Source: an uncultured Halobacteriovorax sp. (GTDB lineage Bacteria > Bdellovibrionota > Bacteriovoracia > Bacteriovoracales > Bacteriovoracaceae). Taken from it: 64,000 nt of DNA. This document shows, piece after piece, positions 1-9,843 of this stretch. Each line of letters starts with the position of its first letter. Positions within the stretch are counted from its first letter, which is position 1. The position numbers and the translations under genes were made by a program. Where the stretch lies: NCBI GenBank assembly GCA_913061265.1, contig CAJXVS010000005.1, positions 217,006 through 281,005 of the forward strand. Direction: 5' to 3'. Below the pieces are notes generated by a model, which worked only from the letters and a program-made list of their open reading frames with translations, was not told where the DNA came from and did not search any database.

Positions 1-2
1 CT

Positions 3-233
3 ACACCTATAGTTAAGGTGAAGGCCGCCTCTTCTGCTCTTTTGGCCAGTGGCTTCAAGTATATCCTTAAGAATGAGCCATGGGATATTAGAGACGCTGT
101 TATGAATAGGGAAAAGAATAAAGCAGATAATAAGTGTTACTACTATTTCTACAAATCGATACCAGGGGCCGGTGAGCTTGAAAGGTTTAGAAGGGAAAGA
201 GACTGTGACGAATTTGAAAACGATTTAGACTAG
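3..233 (+). CDS. 3' end of a hypothetical protein (ORF open to the left window edge)
   Basis: Frame is open from nt 3 with no upstream stop. The GTG at 18 is only the first in-window start. No recognisable motif. Confidence 0.35.
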   Translation, partial: TPIVKVKAASSALLASGFKYILKNEPWDIRDAVMNREKNKADNKCYYYFYKSIPGAGELERFRRERDCDEFENDLD

Positions 234-243
234 GGTATTACTT

Positions 244-468
244 ATGAAATTAAAAATAATGGCGTTATTCTTTCTTATGATTCAGTTTTCTTGTAGCTCT
301 GGAAAGATTATTCCAACATCTGATGTTTGCTCTCTTAAGAAGCATTACAAAGATAGCGTCTTTCAGGTGCTTATTAATAAAAAACCAATAAGTAAGCATT
401 GGTATATTTACGAAGATGCTAAGGACGTCACTAAGCTTCTGGCTGATCAGAACAAATGCATGCACTAA
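244..468 (+). CDS. small exported protein (signal peptide, non-canonical Cys lipobox-like FSC)
   Basis: N-terminal hydrophobic leader MKLKIMALFFLMIQFSCSSG. The antisense ORF 265..465 has no such features. Confidence 0.45.
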   Translation: MKLKIMALFFLMIQFSCSSGKIIPTSDVCSLKKHYKDSVFQVLINKKPISKHWYIYEDAKDVTKLLADQNKCMH

Positions 469-475
469 GGTTTAT

Positions 476-1285
476 CTATTGAGTAAATAAGGCCGACCAG
501 TTAAAGGCTATAGTTGTAATGAATAAGGCTTTTGGGCTTAAGGTCTTAGCCTTAAAAGCGTAAACCAGGCCTATCACTGTTAAGACAGAGGCTATGACAA
601 GATCATCGTGATAAAAATAAAACCCTGGTCCAATTAAGAAAGTATAGAGCAAGAGGCTTCCTTGAAGGGATCTCAATCGAAAGGCTGCCTTCTTTAAGAA
701 CTCATTATTAATCAATTCAAAACAAATTGCGTGAAGAAAGATAACAGTTGAATAGTAAAGAAGTGTTTCAACCTGACTCTCATGGATCTTTAAAAGAACT
801 GGGGGGATTAGTAGCAAGGGGTATTTTATCATGGGCAGTAGTTCAGTGATATAAGACCTATTAAAGAGGGGCCTTATCACTGCATACCAAAGCCAGCATA
901 CAGAGACTAAAGAGAAGGTGCTTAAAAAGAAGAAGAAGCTTCTCCAGTTTAAGTTAAGCCCAGAGCCTATCAAAGAAAGTGATCTTCCCATCTCTAAGAA
1001 ATGAAAGAGAAAAGAAAAAGAGAAAAGAGTTATAGTTGCTGCAAGATAGAGAAAATAAAAACTTCTCTTAGTTACCCGCTTTTCCATTAAGTCGCGATAA
1101 AGCCTTAAATTAAAGATGATTAAGAATAGATAAGTAACAATAAGGCCATAATACTTTGGTAAAAAGTAGAGCGGAACCATATTTGGAATAATCGGAAAGA
1201 TTAACACCAACAGTGGAAGGCTAAACCCAAAGAATGGGAACCTCTCATCAAAATACTTGATAAAATCACGCCTAAAATCGAACAA
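476..1285 (-). CDS. polytopic membrane protein, unknown function
   Basis: 269-aa ORF (TTG start) made of successive hydrophobic helices. No catalytic motif recognised. Confidence 0.55.
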   Translation of the reverse strand: MFDFRRDFIKYFDERFPFFGFSLPLLVLIFPIIPNMVPLYFLPKYYGLIVTYLFLIIFNLRLYRDLMEKRVTKRSFYFLYLAATITLFSFSFLFHFLEMGRSLSLIGSGLNLNWRSFFFFLSTFSLVSVCWLWYAVIRPLFNRSYITELLPMIKYPLLLIPPVLLKIHESQVETLLYYSTVIFLHAICFELINNEFLKKAAFRLRSLQGSLLLYTFLIGPGFYFYHDDLVIASVLTVIGLVYAFKAKTLSPKALFITTIAFNWSALFTQ

Positions 1286-1352
1286 CTTCTCTTAATCCTG
1301 TTATTTTTTTAAATCTGTATTAAAATAATAACATAGGATCAAGGGGTGAAGT

Positions 1353-1718
1353 ATGCAGAAGTTTATGTTTATAGCAGCGGTCATCTTTGGGGGGCTCTAT
1401 TTTGCCTTCAAAGACAAAGGGATGAATGACTTTCAAAAAGCAGTCGGTAATCCGGTCCCCAGTGGCTATAAGAGCAAATCTGAAATAAAAGCTGAACAGG
1501 ACAAGCCCAACAAATATGAAGTTGGAGATTGTGTAAAAGCCTCTCGTTCAAATGATTGGGATTTTTATAAGATTGCAGTGGTTGATCTTGATAAGAAGGA
1601 TTATCACTTCCGCCTTTGTGTGAAATACAAAGGCTGCCAGAAGGAGATAAAAAAAGAGATCATTACTAATTTTGAATATGACTATCCACCAAGCCGTAAG
1701 ACGGCTTGTCCAAAATAG
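1353..1718 (+). CDS. small membrane-anchored/exported hypothetical protein
   Basis: AAGGGG SD-like element upstream of the ATG. N-terminal hydrophobic segment MQKFMFIAAVIFGGLYFAF. Confidence 0.5.
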   Translation: MQKFMFIAAVIFGGLYFAFKDKGMNDFQKAVGNPVPSGYKSKSEIKAEQDKPNKYEVGDCVKASRSNDWDFYKIAVVDLDKKDYHFRLCVKYKGCQKEIKKEIITNFEYDYPPSRKTACPK

Positions 1719-1732
1719 GGCCTAGGGCCCTA
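1716..1732. terminator. GC-rich hairpin spanning both stop codons of convergent genes (possible bidirectional terminator)
   Basis: TAGGGCC-TAG-GGCCCTA: 7-bp arms with a 3-nt loop. No clear U-tract on either side. Confidence 0.3.
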
Positions 1733-3676
1733 GAAGTCCTGATCTTGGCTATTAAGTCGTAGATCATAAGAACGGTTATTTATAGCATTTTGAACATGTT
1801 GCAATTGATGATAAAGCTCACTTAGATCCTGGTTACCATAGATAAAATCAACCTTCTCTTTATCTTGCGCCGATAATTCAAGTCTAACCTGCAAATGATT
1901 TTCAAGCCCTTCGCGGGGAATAAGACTCATGATAAAGCCAATCCCAAGCTCTCTAAAAGCATTGTTATTTCTAAGCTCCATAAGTTTATTGACTCTAGTC
2001 TTTCCCGAGAGATTCTTAGCATAGAGGATCTTATGCAGCTTATTTGAGAGTGTAGTTAAGCGCCATCTCTTAGTTAAGACTTCTGTTGTAACAAGATCTG
2101 TTAGTCGATCCCATGTCCAATCAAGCGGGTTCCCTGCATAATTTGTTTTAGTCTTAGCATAGGCCCTAATAGACGCTTTAAGTTCAGCCTTACTAAGGGC
2201 CGGAAGGGCGTCAAAGGCAGAAGCTTTGAGAATGATCTGATAAAAGACTCTTGAGTCTTTCTTACCTGAGAAGTCATCCCAATCTTTAAAATCAATCTTC
2301 TCAAAGACTTCATTAGGAAGGTTGCTGGCCATGAATTCTCTTACGCCGGCCTGCTCATCATTTCTAAAATACTTATCGGCTCGCTCGTAACGAAGCCCAA
2401 AATCAGAAAAGCGTGAACCATTATCTTCAAGCCCTGTAGGAACTAATCCAAAGTAGGACTTAGTATGATGTTCTTTAGTTCTAATAAACCCGAGTCTAAA
2501 TTTTTGCTCATAAGTCTTTGTTTGAACAGGGTAGAAGAAGTTATGATTAACACCATTCTTATCTTCAAAGCTGACATTGTTCTCAGTAAAAGAGCGTCCT
2601 GACCCAAGTTTAGCCACGATAAGCCCTAGCTTAAGTTTTACTTTATCTTGTTTGTAATTATTAAAGCCCTTAAAGATACGATCCACTCGAGGAGAAGTAG
2701 TACCTGATTTAAAGTCTGCTTTAAAGAGGTTATCAGCGGCTTCGTAGGTAGAAAGAAGAACCTTACTTAGTGGTTTCTTTCCAATATGCTGACCAATGGC
2801 CACAACGTCTTTGAACTTTAATGAAGATGAGAGGATGCTGTCATAGGCGTCCCTAGCTTTCTTATCATTAAGGTCAAAGATATAGTCGACAATAAACTGG
2901 CGACCTTTTGCTTTTTCTCCTGTTAATGAAGCGAAGTCTAACTCAAAGACACTCTCCACTATTTTATTGGCAATCTTTACGCCAAAAAGGTTTGAAGAGC
3001 CTTCAATTCCTGCAGAAGCTCCAGAATTTCTTTTTCTATTAGCAAAGAGCTTTAAGCGAACCTTATTATCTTTCATTCTATAAACATGAATAAGAAAATC
3101 TCCTGAGAGAACATAATAAAGATTAGCGCTAGCATCGACTCCAATAGTTCCGCCTAAAGTGGCCGATGAGGCCTTAGCACCAACAACAATACTCATTGAA
3201 GTCGGCATACTGACAAAGTCACCAGGAGATAAGTTTTTAAGGGCGTATTCTGCCTTAATAGGTAATCTTTTAAGTGTATAAGGAAGAGCGGTAATGGCCC
3301 TTTTCTTGCTTTTAAATTGGCGGACAAAGAAAACTTCCGCATTTCTATTCATATTAAAGTAAAGAGGTGTGTCTAAGCTTCCGCTAAGAAGGTCTCCGGC
3401 CTTAAGATCTACCTTGATTTGCCATTTATCAACTCTTGCGTGAAGTCCTTTTTCATAACTAGGTTCAACTTCATAACGGTATCTAGATGAAAGACCAAGG
3501 CCTTCAAAAAGCTCTACATTCAAGAAGTTGACATTGAAGTTGATATCAAGATCAGCGAATTCTTCACGAATTCGTTCTTCGACCTTTCCTGGTTCCATAA
3601 GATCAGAGAGCTTCGCCTCTGAATTAGGGCTAATAAAAATCAGGCTAACGGCCAACAACATCAATAGGTTCTTCAT
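1730..3676 (-). CDS. secreted hypothetical protein (648 aa)
   Basis: Long ORF with signal peptide MKNLLMLLAVSLIFISPNSEA. No family recognised. Confidence 0.6.
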   Translation of the reverse strand: MKNLLMLLAVSLIFISPNSEAKLSDLMEPGKVEERIREEFADLDINFNVNFLNVELFEGLGLSSRYRYEVEPSYEKGLHARVDKWQIKVDLKAGDLLSGSLDTPLYFNMNRNAEVFFVRQFKSKKRAITALPYTLKRLPIKAEYALKNLSPGDFVSMPTSMSIVVGAKASSATLGGTIGVDASANLYYVLSGDFLIHVYRMKDNKVRLKLFANRKRNSGASAGIEGSSNLFGVKIANKIVESVFELDFASLTGEKAKGRQFIVDYIFDLNDKKARDAYDSILSSSLKFKDVVAIGQHIGKKPLSKVLLSTYEAADNLFKADFKSGTTSPRVDRIFKGFNNYKQDKVKLKLGLIVAKLGSGRSFTENNVSFEDKNGVNHNFFYPVQTKTYEQKFRLGFIRTKEHHTKSYFGLVPTGLEDNGSRFSDFGLRYERADKYFRNDEQAGVREFMASNLPNEVFEKIDFKDWDDFSGKKDSRVFYQIILKASAFDALPALSKAELKASIRAYAKTKTNYAGNPLDWTWDRLTDLVTTEVLTKRWRLTTLSNKLHKILYAKNLSGKTRVNKLMELRNNNAFRELGIGFIMSLIPREGLENHLQVRLELSAQDKEKVDFIYGNQDLSELYHQLQHVQNAINNRSYDLRLNSQDQDF

Positions 3677-3880
3677 TTTGTGCTCCTCACAATTAATATA
3701 GCTTTAAGGTAGCGGCCCTAAGTATTTGAAGCTATCAATTGCGCTGACAATTAGGAGGATATTCTGTCAAAGAGATAAGTTAATAATAACGAGAACTTAG
3801 ACTGTCTAAGTATTTTATACCCGGTCTCTAGGCTTATAATAATTATAGACCTATAAACAAAGTATCTAAGGGGAAGTTTT

Positions 3881-4837
3881 TTGAAGCATATATTAAATAT
3901 TGCCTACACATCTGATTTTGCTCATTTCGATGAAGTTGTCGACTTTATGGGGGAGAAGTTTCGCCTCACGCAGCTTGGGACTAACTTCGACTTTGATGCC
4001 ACTCTTAAGATCTTAGAGAAGTATGATGGATTATGCGATGCTATTAGCATCTCCGGGCTTCCCGCCGTTATCAAAACGAAGAAGAATTCTTTCACCCCAC
4101 CTCAAAGAGAAGCTCTTATTAATCATACAAGAGAGACCTTTGTTCTTGATGGGCAAACACTTAAGGATATTTATATTCCATGGCTTATGAGAAAGCATTT
4201 CATGAGCCATAGTGAAGTTTATAAACACGAAAGACTGGCCTTTTATTCAGGCGTTCTGCAAAAGAACTTATTAGATGTCTGCGAAGAGTTTGTGCATGAG
4301 ATTCAACTAGCCGATCCATACTTTTTTTTAAAGATGCCATACACGGTAAAGTCAGTTGATGCCCTAGAGAAGTTCACTAGGCTTCTTTGGCCTATCTTTA
4401 AAAGAATGAAGATAAAAAGAAGTATTATCCCTGAGTTTAATAGAAATAAGAGAAATCTACCGGCGCCACTGACTGACTTCTTTCACTGCGATACCTTCGT
4501 AGGGACTATGGCCATTATGGAACTTATAGACCTTGAGCATACTAGAGGTAAAAAAGTTATCGTTGATGTGTTGGGGTCTGAACTTAAAGAAAAGCTAATC
4601 AATATCGGAACTAAAGAAGTCTTGGTTTGCCTGCCTCAAATTGAGGGAGTTCCTTTTATTAACTTCTCTATTCTTGAAGCGTTTTTTCAAGCCAAGCAAA
4701 AAGAGAACATCAGGCTGACTACTGATGACTTCTTAAAAAGAATTGAAGAGATTGATATCAGGCCAGAGCTTTTAAATCTGAATGATCTTCAAGAACCTAT
4801 TCAGGCCAAGACACGAATTCACAGCTTGACCTTCTAA
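3881..4837 (+). CDS. hypothetical cytoplasmic protein (318 aa)
   Basis: Uninterrupted ORF (TTG start) preceded by GGGGAAG. No signal peptide. No family recognised. Confidence 0.5.
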   Translation: MKHILNIAYTSDFAHFDEVVDFMGEKFRLTQLGTNFDFDATLKILEKYDGLCDAISISGLPAVIKTKKNSFTPPQREALINHTRETFVLDGQTLKDIYIPWLMRKHFMSHSEVYKHERLAFYSGVLQKNLLDVCEEFVHEIQLADPYFFLKMPYTVKSVDALEKFTRLLWPIFKRMKIKRSIIPEFNRNKRNLPAPLTDFFHCDTFVGTMAIMELIDLEHTRGKKVIVDVLGSELKEKLINIGTKEVLVCLPQIEGVPFINFSILEAFFQAKQKENIRLTTDDFLKRIEEIDIRPELLNLNDLQEPIQAKTRIHSLTF

Positions 4838-4845
4838 GTTGAATA

Positions 4846-5127
4846 TTACTTGAGTTTTAAAGCTTGCTCTAGGTAATCCGTTTTATCATCATTCATGATT
4901 CTATCAAATTCATTGGCCCAGTTTTCGTCTCTAGAAGACATTCCGGCAATTGATCTATCATTAGTTAATAGTTTTCTTAGGTTTTTAGAGGCTGTGATGG
5001 CCTTCATGGAATCGCTATAGTTTTGTTCGAAATCAATATCAGCCTGATAAGTACCAAAATCATTGGCCTCTGCAATACTAACTGTTGAGATCATAATAAG
5101 GGTGGCTGTAAGTAGAGTTTTAAACAT
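4846..5127 (-). CDS. small secreted hypothetical protein
   Basis: Signal peptide MFKTLLTATLIMISTVSIAEA. GGAGG SD upstream on the minus strand. Confidence 0.5.
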   Translation of the reverse strand: MFKTLLTATLIMISTVSIAEANDFGTYQADIDFEQNYSDSMKAITASKNLRKLLTNDRSIAGMSSRDENWANEFDRIMNDDKTDYLEQALKLK

Positions 5128-5298
5128 ATCAATACCTCCTGTATTGTTTCGCCTTTAGAGTCCGTCCTAAAAGCAACTTGCACTAGTATTCTATCAGTAA
5201 AACTCAGAATTAGGCAGAAGTGTCATTTTGGCATGGAATCTTGATAGGGTAGGGTTTAAACTATTGATATAGTGAATGTTTCACCCAATGGACTACGA

Positions 5299-5928
5299 AT
5301 GTTAAAAACAACAAAAACCTTACAATTTCTGACCCTGACCCTAGTTTTCTCGGTTTTCATCGGATGCGGCTCTATTAAGGTCAGTCCCGTCGAAGAGGGA
5401 GACTCCCTTAGATATCACGCCAGAGTGGGTTATTTCCTCCTTCCACCCGAGAGAAAGATTAGCCGTTATATAGTTAGAATTGAAAAGTATGCTGATAACA
5501 AAAACTTCAAACGCTGCGAACCATCGTCTATCATTAGAATTCATGAAAGGTTTGAAAAGCGCTATGTTGAAATACAACAAGGTGATAAACAGTTTCTCTT
5601 CGATACTATAGGGGGAAGACCTATCCTTCTCGCTAATGGAAAGTATCATCTTCTTGATAAGTATTTTAGAAAAGACTTTCCTTTACCAACAGAGACAGTC
5701 AGAAGATTAGGCTCCCTCGCAAAAAAGTCTGATCTTCTTTGCGAGCATAAAGTCTGGATCGGGATGAGTAAGGGCGAGTTCTTAATCGCAAGACCTCCTG
5801 CCCATAATATTATTAAATCTGTTAAGGGAAAAACTAAGTCTGAAAAATGGCAATATGAAACCGAGGACCATGTCCTTAAAGAGTATCTTTTTATAAATGA
5901 TGAACTACAAAAACATAACGATATTTAG
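5299..5928 (+). CDS. putative lipoprotein, unknown function
   Basis: The internal ATG gives the leader MLKTTKTLQFLTLTLVFSVFIGC (lipobox FIGC). The track start at GTG 5272 is also possible. C-terminal IGMSKGEF segment is loosely BamE/SmpA-like. Confidence 0.5.
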   Translation: MLKTTKTLQFLTLTLVFSVFIGCGSIKVSPVEEGDSLRYHARVGYFLLPPERKISRYIVRIEKYADNKNFKRCEPSSIIRIHERFEKRYVEIQQGDKQFLFDTIGGRPILLANGKYHLLDKYFRKDFPLPTETVRRLGSLAKKSDLLCEHKVWIGMSKGEFLIARPPAHNIIKSVKGKTKSEKWQYETEDHVLKEYLFINDELQKHNDI

Positions 5929-6295
5929 CCTCTTTATTCTTTGCTCTTGCGGCAGTGCTAATAAAGGTCATCCTTATAGACCGAGCGGCAAGCCTAAGGC
6001 CCAAGTCTTCAAAGAAACCAAAATCAAAAGAAAAAAGATCAGCTCTAACTTCTTAAGAGAACGTTATAAACTCTGCGCCCATAAGCGCGCCCTTAACTCA
6101 GCTAAGTTTGAATATAGAAGGCTAATTAACAGAGAAAAACGCTACGGTAATGATCTTACGGTGGAAAAAAACAAGTTTAAGAAAATTATTATCGAAGTAG
6201 GTGAACAAACTAAAACTTCTCAGGTTAAGTTTGAAAACACCTATAAAAGACGTCTCTTTTGTACTCCTGAAGAAATGCGTCACCTTAAATTATAG
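5897..6295 (+). CDS. small basic putative lipoprotein
   Basis: Leader MMNYKNITIFSLFILCSCGS. Overlaps the upstream gene by 32 nt. Lys/Arg-rich. Confidence 0.45.
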   Translation: MMNYKNITIFSLFILCSCGSANKGHPYRPSGKPKAQVFKETKIKRKKISSNFLRERYKLCAHKRALNSAKFEYRRLINREKRYGNDLTVEKNKFKKIIIEVGEQTKTSQVKFENTYKRRLFCTPEEMRHLKL

Positions 6296-6424
6296 CCAAA
6301 CATTTTACTCAACAATACGAGAGAATTTTTTGACCCTAGGCTTATGCGTTATGCAATGCTACCATTTCGCCTAGGTAAAACTTTTTGTTTAGTTGAGAAG
6401 ATAAATATTTAAGGAGCTACAGGA

Positions 6425-8341
6425 ATGAGAAATTGGATTGCGAATGGATTCGCTTTAACGGCCTTATTGGTCTTAGTTAGTTGTAGTCACGGAACACCTG
6501 GAGATAGGTCTATCTCAAGTTCTAAAAAAAGAGGAGACTCTTTTGATTACGATGCAGGCCCTGCAAAAGATTCAGACTTAACTTATCTCTTTGCCAACAC
6601 ACCAAACTACCGCGCTTTTGGTAGTAAAGTTATTGGTGGAAAAGGTGAGAAATTTCGCTGGAAGTTCGGGCCTATGTGGTACCGCGGACGTACGGGTGAG
6701 AACCAAGTTAAGGTCTTTGTTATTGGACAAGAAGGGGCACAGGATGAGAACGTTTCAAACCGTTCATTCACAGGCTCAACAGGAACAAAGATGCAAAAGT
6801 TCCTTAATCATATTGGTATTAATCAATCATACCTATTCATGAACACTTTTGTTTACACCATTACAGGTCAGTACTCACTTTTTGGTGAAGACGCAAAGAA
6901 CCCTACTAAGGTAGCTCAGAGAGATAATCTTTTATGGCTAGCTCAAAACTCTGACTCAGTTGTGGTTAAGCATCGTCATGAGCTTTTCGATACAGTTCTA
7001 GAAACAAATAAAGAATTAAGTATTGTTCTTGGAGTAGGGACAGCTGGTAAAGATACAGCGGCCACTTATGCCAGGCACCTTGGTGGAAAATGCTCTTCTT
7101 CAACTGTTGGAAGAGGCGGCTGTTTTGTTAAGCATAAAGGGAAAACAATCATGTTTGTAGGCGTTCCTCACCCAGGTGGTGCTTCTCCTAGAAACGGCGG
7201 CGAAGACGCTCTTAAAAGACTCCTAGGAGCTTTTGATAGACAGGCAAAGACTGTGCTTAAGGCCATCTCTGCTAAGAAAATTAAACTAGCTAATGATCCT
7301 GGAGCAAAAAGAGCCAGCACTACTACTAAATACAAGTACGGAAATGCTTCAATACCTCATATGGATTTTGCTTTTGGAACAAACTGGAGAATGGGCGAGT
7401 GGGGAACTACTTCTAATAGAAGAGGCTCTCATACAATCCAGGTCTTCTCTAAAAACGGTTGCTATAACAATGGTGCAAAAGAGGCAAACGGTCGCTGTTC
7501 ACAAACCAAAGTCGATAATATCCGTTATTCAGATCCCGTTGATAAGATGACTAAAGCACCTTCAGAAATGGCCAAGTGTGATGTGCCTTATGAGTCTCCT
7601 AAGACTTGTACTGATAATTATATGCTTTACGATCACGGACCTGGGCATGAGTTCTCTGAAATCATGCTTGATTGGTACAAATCTATTGATTGGGGCTCTC
7701 TTGGAGTTACTCAGCATATGTCTTTTGGACCTCAAGGATTCTATAGAGGAAGCTTAAAGGACGCTGAAGTACTTGTGATCGCAGATCAACATGCCCATGA
7801 TGATATGTTCTCAGGGCGCGCCTTAACTGGTGAGGTTGGACAAAGATTTCAATCTTACTTAGATAAGTCTAAAAAAGAATATGCCATCATTAGAACACTT
7901 CCTGTTGATACTCTTGATCTAAGTTCTAAAGAACGCGCCGCTATTAGCATGGACAAAGATGTTATTAAAGGTAGAGATGCTCTAGTTGACGCCATTGTAG
8001 ATGCTGGACAGATCACTCAGATCATCGGTATCGGTACAACTGCTTCAAAGATTGCTAAGCAACTAGCTAAAGATTACGACGTCTCTTACAAGGGATTTAC
8101 AACAGCCGCTGTTAAGAAGATGCCTTTAAAGATCATTCCTCGTTTTGATCTTCCTGTTCATACTCGTTATTGGATGGGAACTAGTGGTGATAGAGCTGCT
8201 AGAGGTTACAGAGGATCAAGTTCTAACAAAGAGTATTCTGGAGACTACTATAAAGTCTACGCTCCACGCTGGGCCACAAAATGGAAAGCAGGAAGCATGA
8301 GTACTGAAGAGTCTAAGTCTTATGAGACTTTTAAAAACTAA
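6425..8341 (+). CDS. lipoprotein with two uracil-DNA-glycosylase-superfamily-like halves
   Basis: AAGGAG SD and lipobox LVSC. The N-terminal half has VIGQEGAQDE-x5-FTGSTGTKMQKFL...FMNTF and later VGVPHPGGASPRNG. These parallel the family-4 UDG motifs GEGPG..E...G.PFVG.AG..L and HPS/A..RN. The second half repeats a weaker version (VIADQHAHDDMFSGRALTGEVGQRF...IGIGTTA). Confidence 0.55.
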   Translation: MRNWIANGFALTALLVLVSCSHGTPGDRSISSSKKRGDSFDYDAGPAKDSDLTYLFANTPNYRAFGSKVIGGKGEKFRWKFGPMWYRGRTGENQVKVFVIGQEGAQDENVSNRSFTGSTGTKMQKFLNHIGINQSYLFMNTFVYTITGQYSLFGEDAKNPTKVAQRDNLLWLAQNSDSVVVKHRHELFDTVLETNKELSIVLGVGTAGKDTAATYARHLGGKCSSSTVGRGGCFVKHKGKTIMFVGVPHPGGASPRNGGEDALKRLLGAFDRQAKTVLKAISAKKIKLANDPGAKRASTTTKYKYGNASIPHMDFAFGTNWRMGEWGTTSNRRGSHTIQVFSKNGCYNNGAKEANGRCSQTKVDNIRYSDPVDKMTKAPSEMAKCDVPYESPKTCTDNYMLYDHGPGHEFSEIMLDWYKSIDWGSLGVTQHMSFGPQGFYRGSLKDAEVLVIADQHAHDDMFSGRALTGEVGQRFQSYLDKSKKEYAIIRTLPVDTLDLSSKERAAISMDKDVIKGRDALVDAIVDAGQITQIIGIGTTASKIAKQLAKDYDVSYKGFTTAAVKKMPLKIIPRFDLPVHTRYWMGTSGDRAARGYRGSSSNKEYSGDYYKVYAPRWATKWKAGSMSTEESKSYETFKN

Positions 8342-8353
8342 TTTGGAGAAGTG

Positions 8354-8908
8354 ATGAAATTATATAGCTTAATTATTTTTAGTCTTCTTTCTACTTCAGC
8401 TTTTGCGAAAGTAAGCTTTACTTGCAGCTACGCTGACTCACATAAAGTAGAATCAAAAGGAAAAGTTAAAACAAGGTATGGAAAACCAATTGTAAAAGTG
8501 AAAGGGACTCTTAAGGAAAATGGCGGAGGAAAACTCTCCATTACAAGTGACTACCTTTACGGAACAAAGAAAAAGCAGAAAGTTAAATTTTTCCGTGCCG
8601 AAAGATCAAACGAATCAGCACTTTCATTTGCAAAATTTCATAACAAGTCTAACCAACAAGTCCAAGATAAGGTTTGGCTAAGCCGTTATGTTAAGTTTTC
8701 TCTTCCTAAAAAAGCACTTAAAGGAAAAGACAAAGGCTTCACAGCTTACTTTTCTTTCTTTCAAGCGACTGAAGATGTTAAGGCCATTGGTTCAGATGAC
8801 CCAACGGCCACTGAAGTTGAAGTGACTGAAGATGAGTTAAAAGAATTCTCAAGAGAAAATGAAAAGGAATTTGAATATAAGTTATGGTGTAAAAAAGCAC
8901 GCCTCTAA
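8354..8908 (+). CDS. small secreted hypothetical protein
   Basis: GGAG SD 6 nt before the ATG. Signal peptide MKLYSLIIFSLLSTSAFA. 9-12 nt after the upstream gene. Confidence 0.55.
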   Translation: MKLYSLIIFSLLSTSAFAKVSFTCSYADSHKVESKGKVKTRYGKPIVKVKGTLKENGGGKLSITSDYLYGTKKKQKVKFFRAERSNESALSFAKFHNKSNQQVQDKVWLSRYVKFSLPKKALKGKDKGFTAYFSFFQATEDVKAIGSDDPTATEVEVTEDELKEFSRENEKEFEYKLWCKKARL

Positions 8909-8941
8909 TTCAATTTCCCTTACAGAATCAAGGAGGATTTT

Positions 8942-9832
8942 GTGAACCTATTTAAGTTAATAACACTTTTGCTGGCCTGTAGTTTTCTCACTATAGGCTG
9001 CGCCAGTAAAAGCGTCGATCTAAAGGGCAGAACAGTCTCAAGTTACTTAGAGGACTTTAAGACTGATGAATTAAATGCCCATCAACGCTTAGATCTTTTA
9101 GTTCAGAATATTGAAGAGCTTAAAGATTCTTTGGATAGAAGTGCACCACGCTACTACCTCCTTGAAAACTTTCTAGAAAGAACCCAAAGCCTTTTTTCCG
9201 AAATCTCAAAGTATGAAGGGGATAGTATGGAACAAAGCAATTGGGTTCCTGAAGATATTGCAGTAGCCCCAAAGTTTCACCGAATTGTTGCTGCCTATGA
9301 AGTTATGGATAAGGCATCTCGCGCCTTATCATTAGATCCTCTTGTTGTTGGTTTTGATAAGAACACTAATTTAAACCTTGAGACCTTAGATTATATCTTG
9401 GGTGAGTATAAGAAGAGAATAGAAGTTCTTAGGGCCTCTGAGCTCGCTTCGGTTACTGAAGAGTCCTACGAGAAGATTAAGGCCAGAGAAACAAGAGATC
9501 TTATCCATTACTTGGCCCGAAGAATTGAGTCTCATTACGAGAACGTCGTTCCTAGGCAAAGCCATAAGAGAAGAGTCAGTAAGATGCTTAAGTGGGCCTT
9601 TGACGGTGAGAAACTTACGGGTAAGAATCCAAAACGTTTTTATGAGAGCCTACGAAGGTTTACCAGAAGCTATACTTATAAAAAGGCCATGTACTCACTT
9701 AAAGACCTAAGCCTTCCAGAGTCTGGAAATATTGAAGGGGCTGAAGATTCATTCAATCAAGTCAACTCAGTTCAAGTTTGTGCAAGTATTTTAAACCAAG
9801 TGGCCAAGAGCTACCTTCAGGCCAATAGGTAA
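8942..9832 (+). CDS. putative lipoprotein, helical, unknown function
   Basis: GGAGG SD before a GTG start. Lipobox TIGC. Confidence 0.55.
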   Translation: MNLFKLITLLLACSFLTIGCASKSVDLKGRTVSSYLEDFKTDELNAHQRLDLLVQNIEELKDSLDRSAPRYYLLENFLERTQSLFSEISKYEGDSMEQSNWVPEDIAVAPKFHRIVAAYEVMDKASRALSLDPLVVGFDKNTNLNLETLDYILGEYKKRIEVLRASELASVTEESYEKIKARETRDLIHYLARRIESHYENVVPRQSHKRRVSKMLKWAFDGEKLTGKNPKRFYESLRRFTRSYTYKKAMYSLKDLSLPESGNIEGAEDSFNQVNSVQVCASILNQVAKSYLQANR

Positions 9833-9843
9833 TAGGAGAAGTT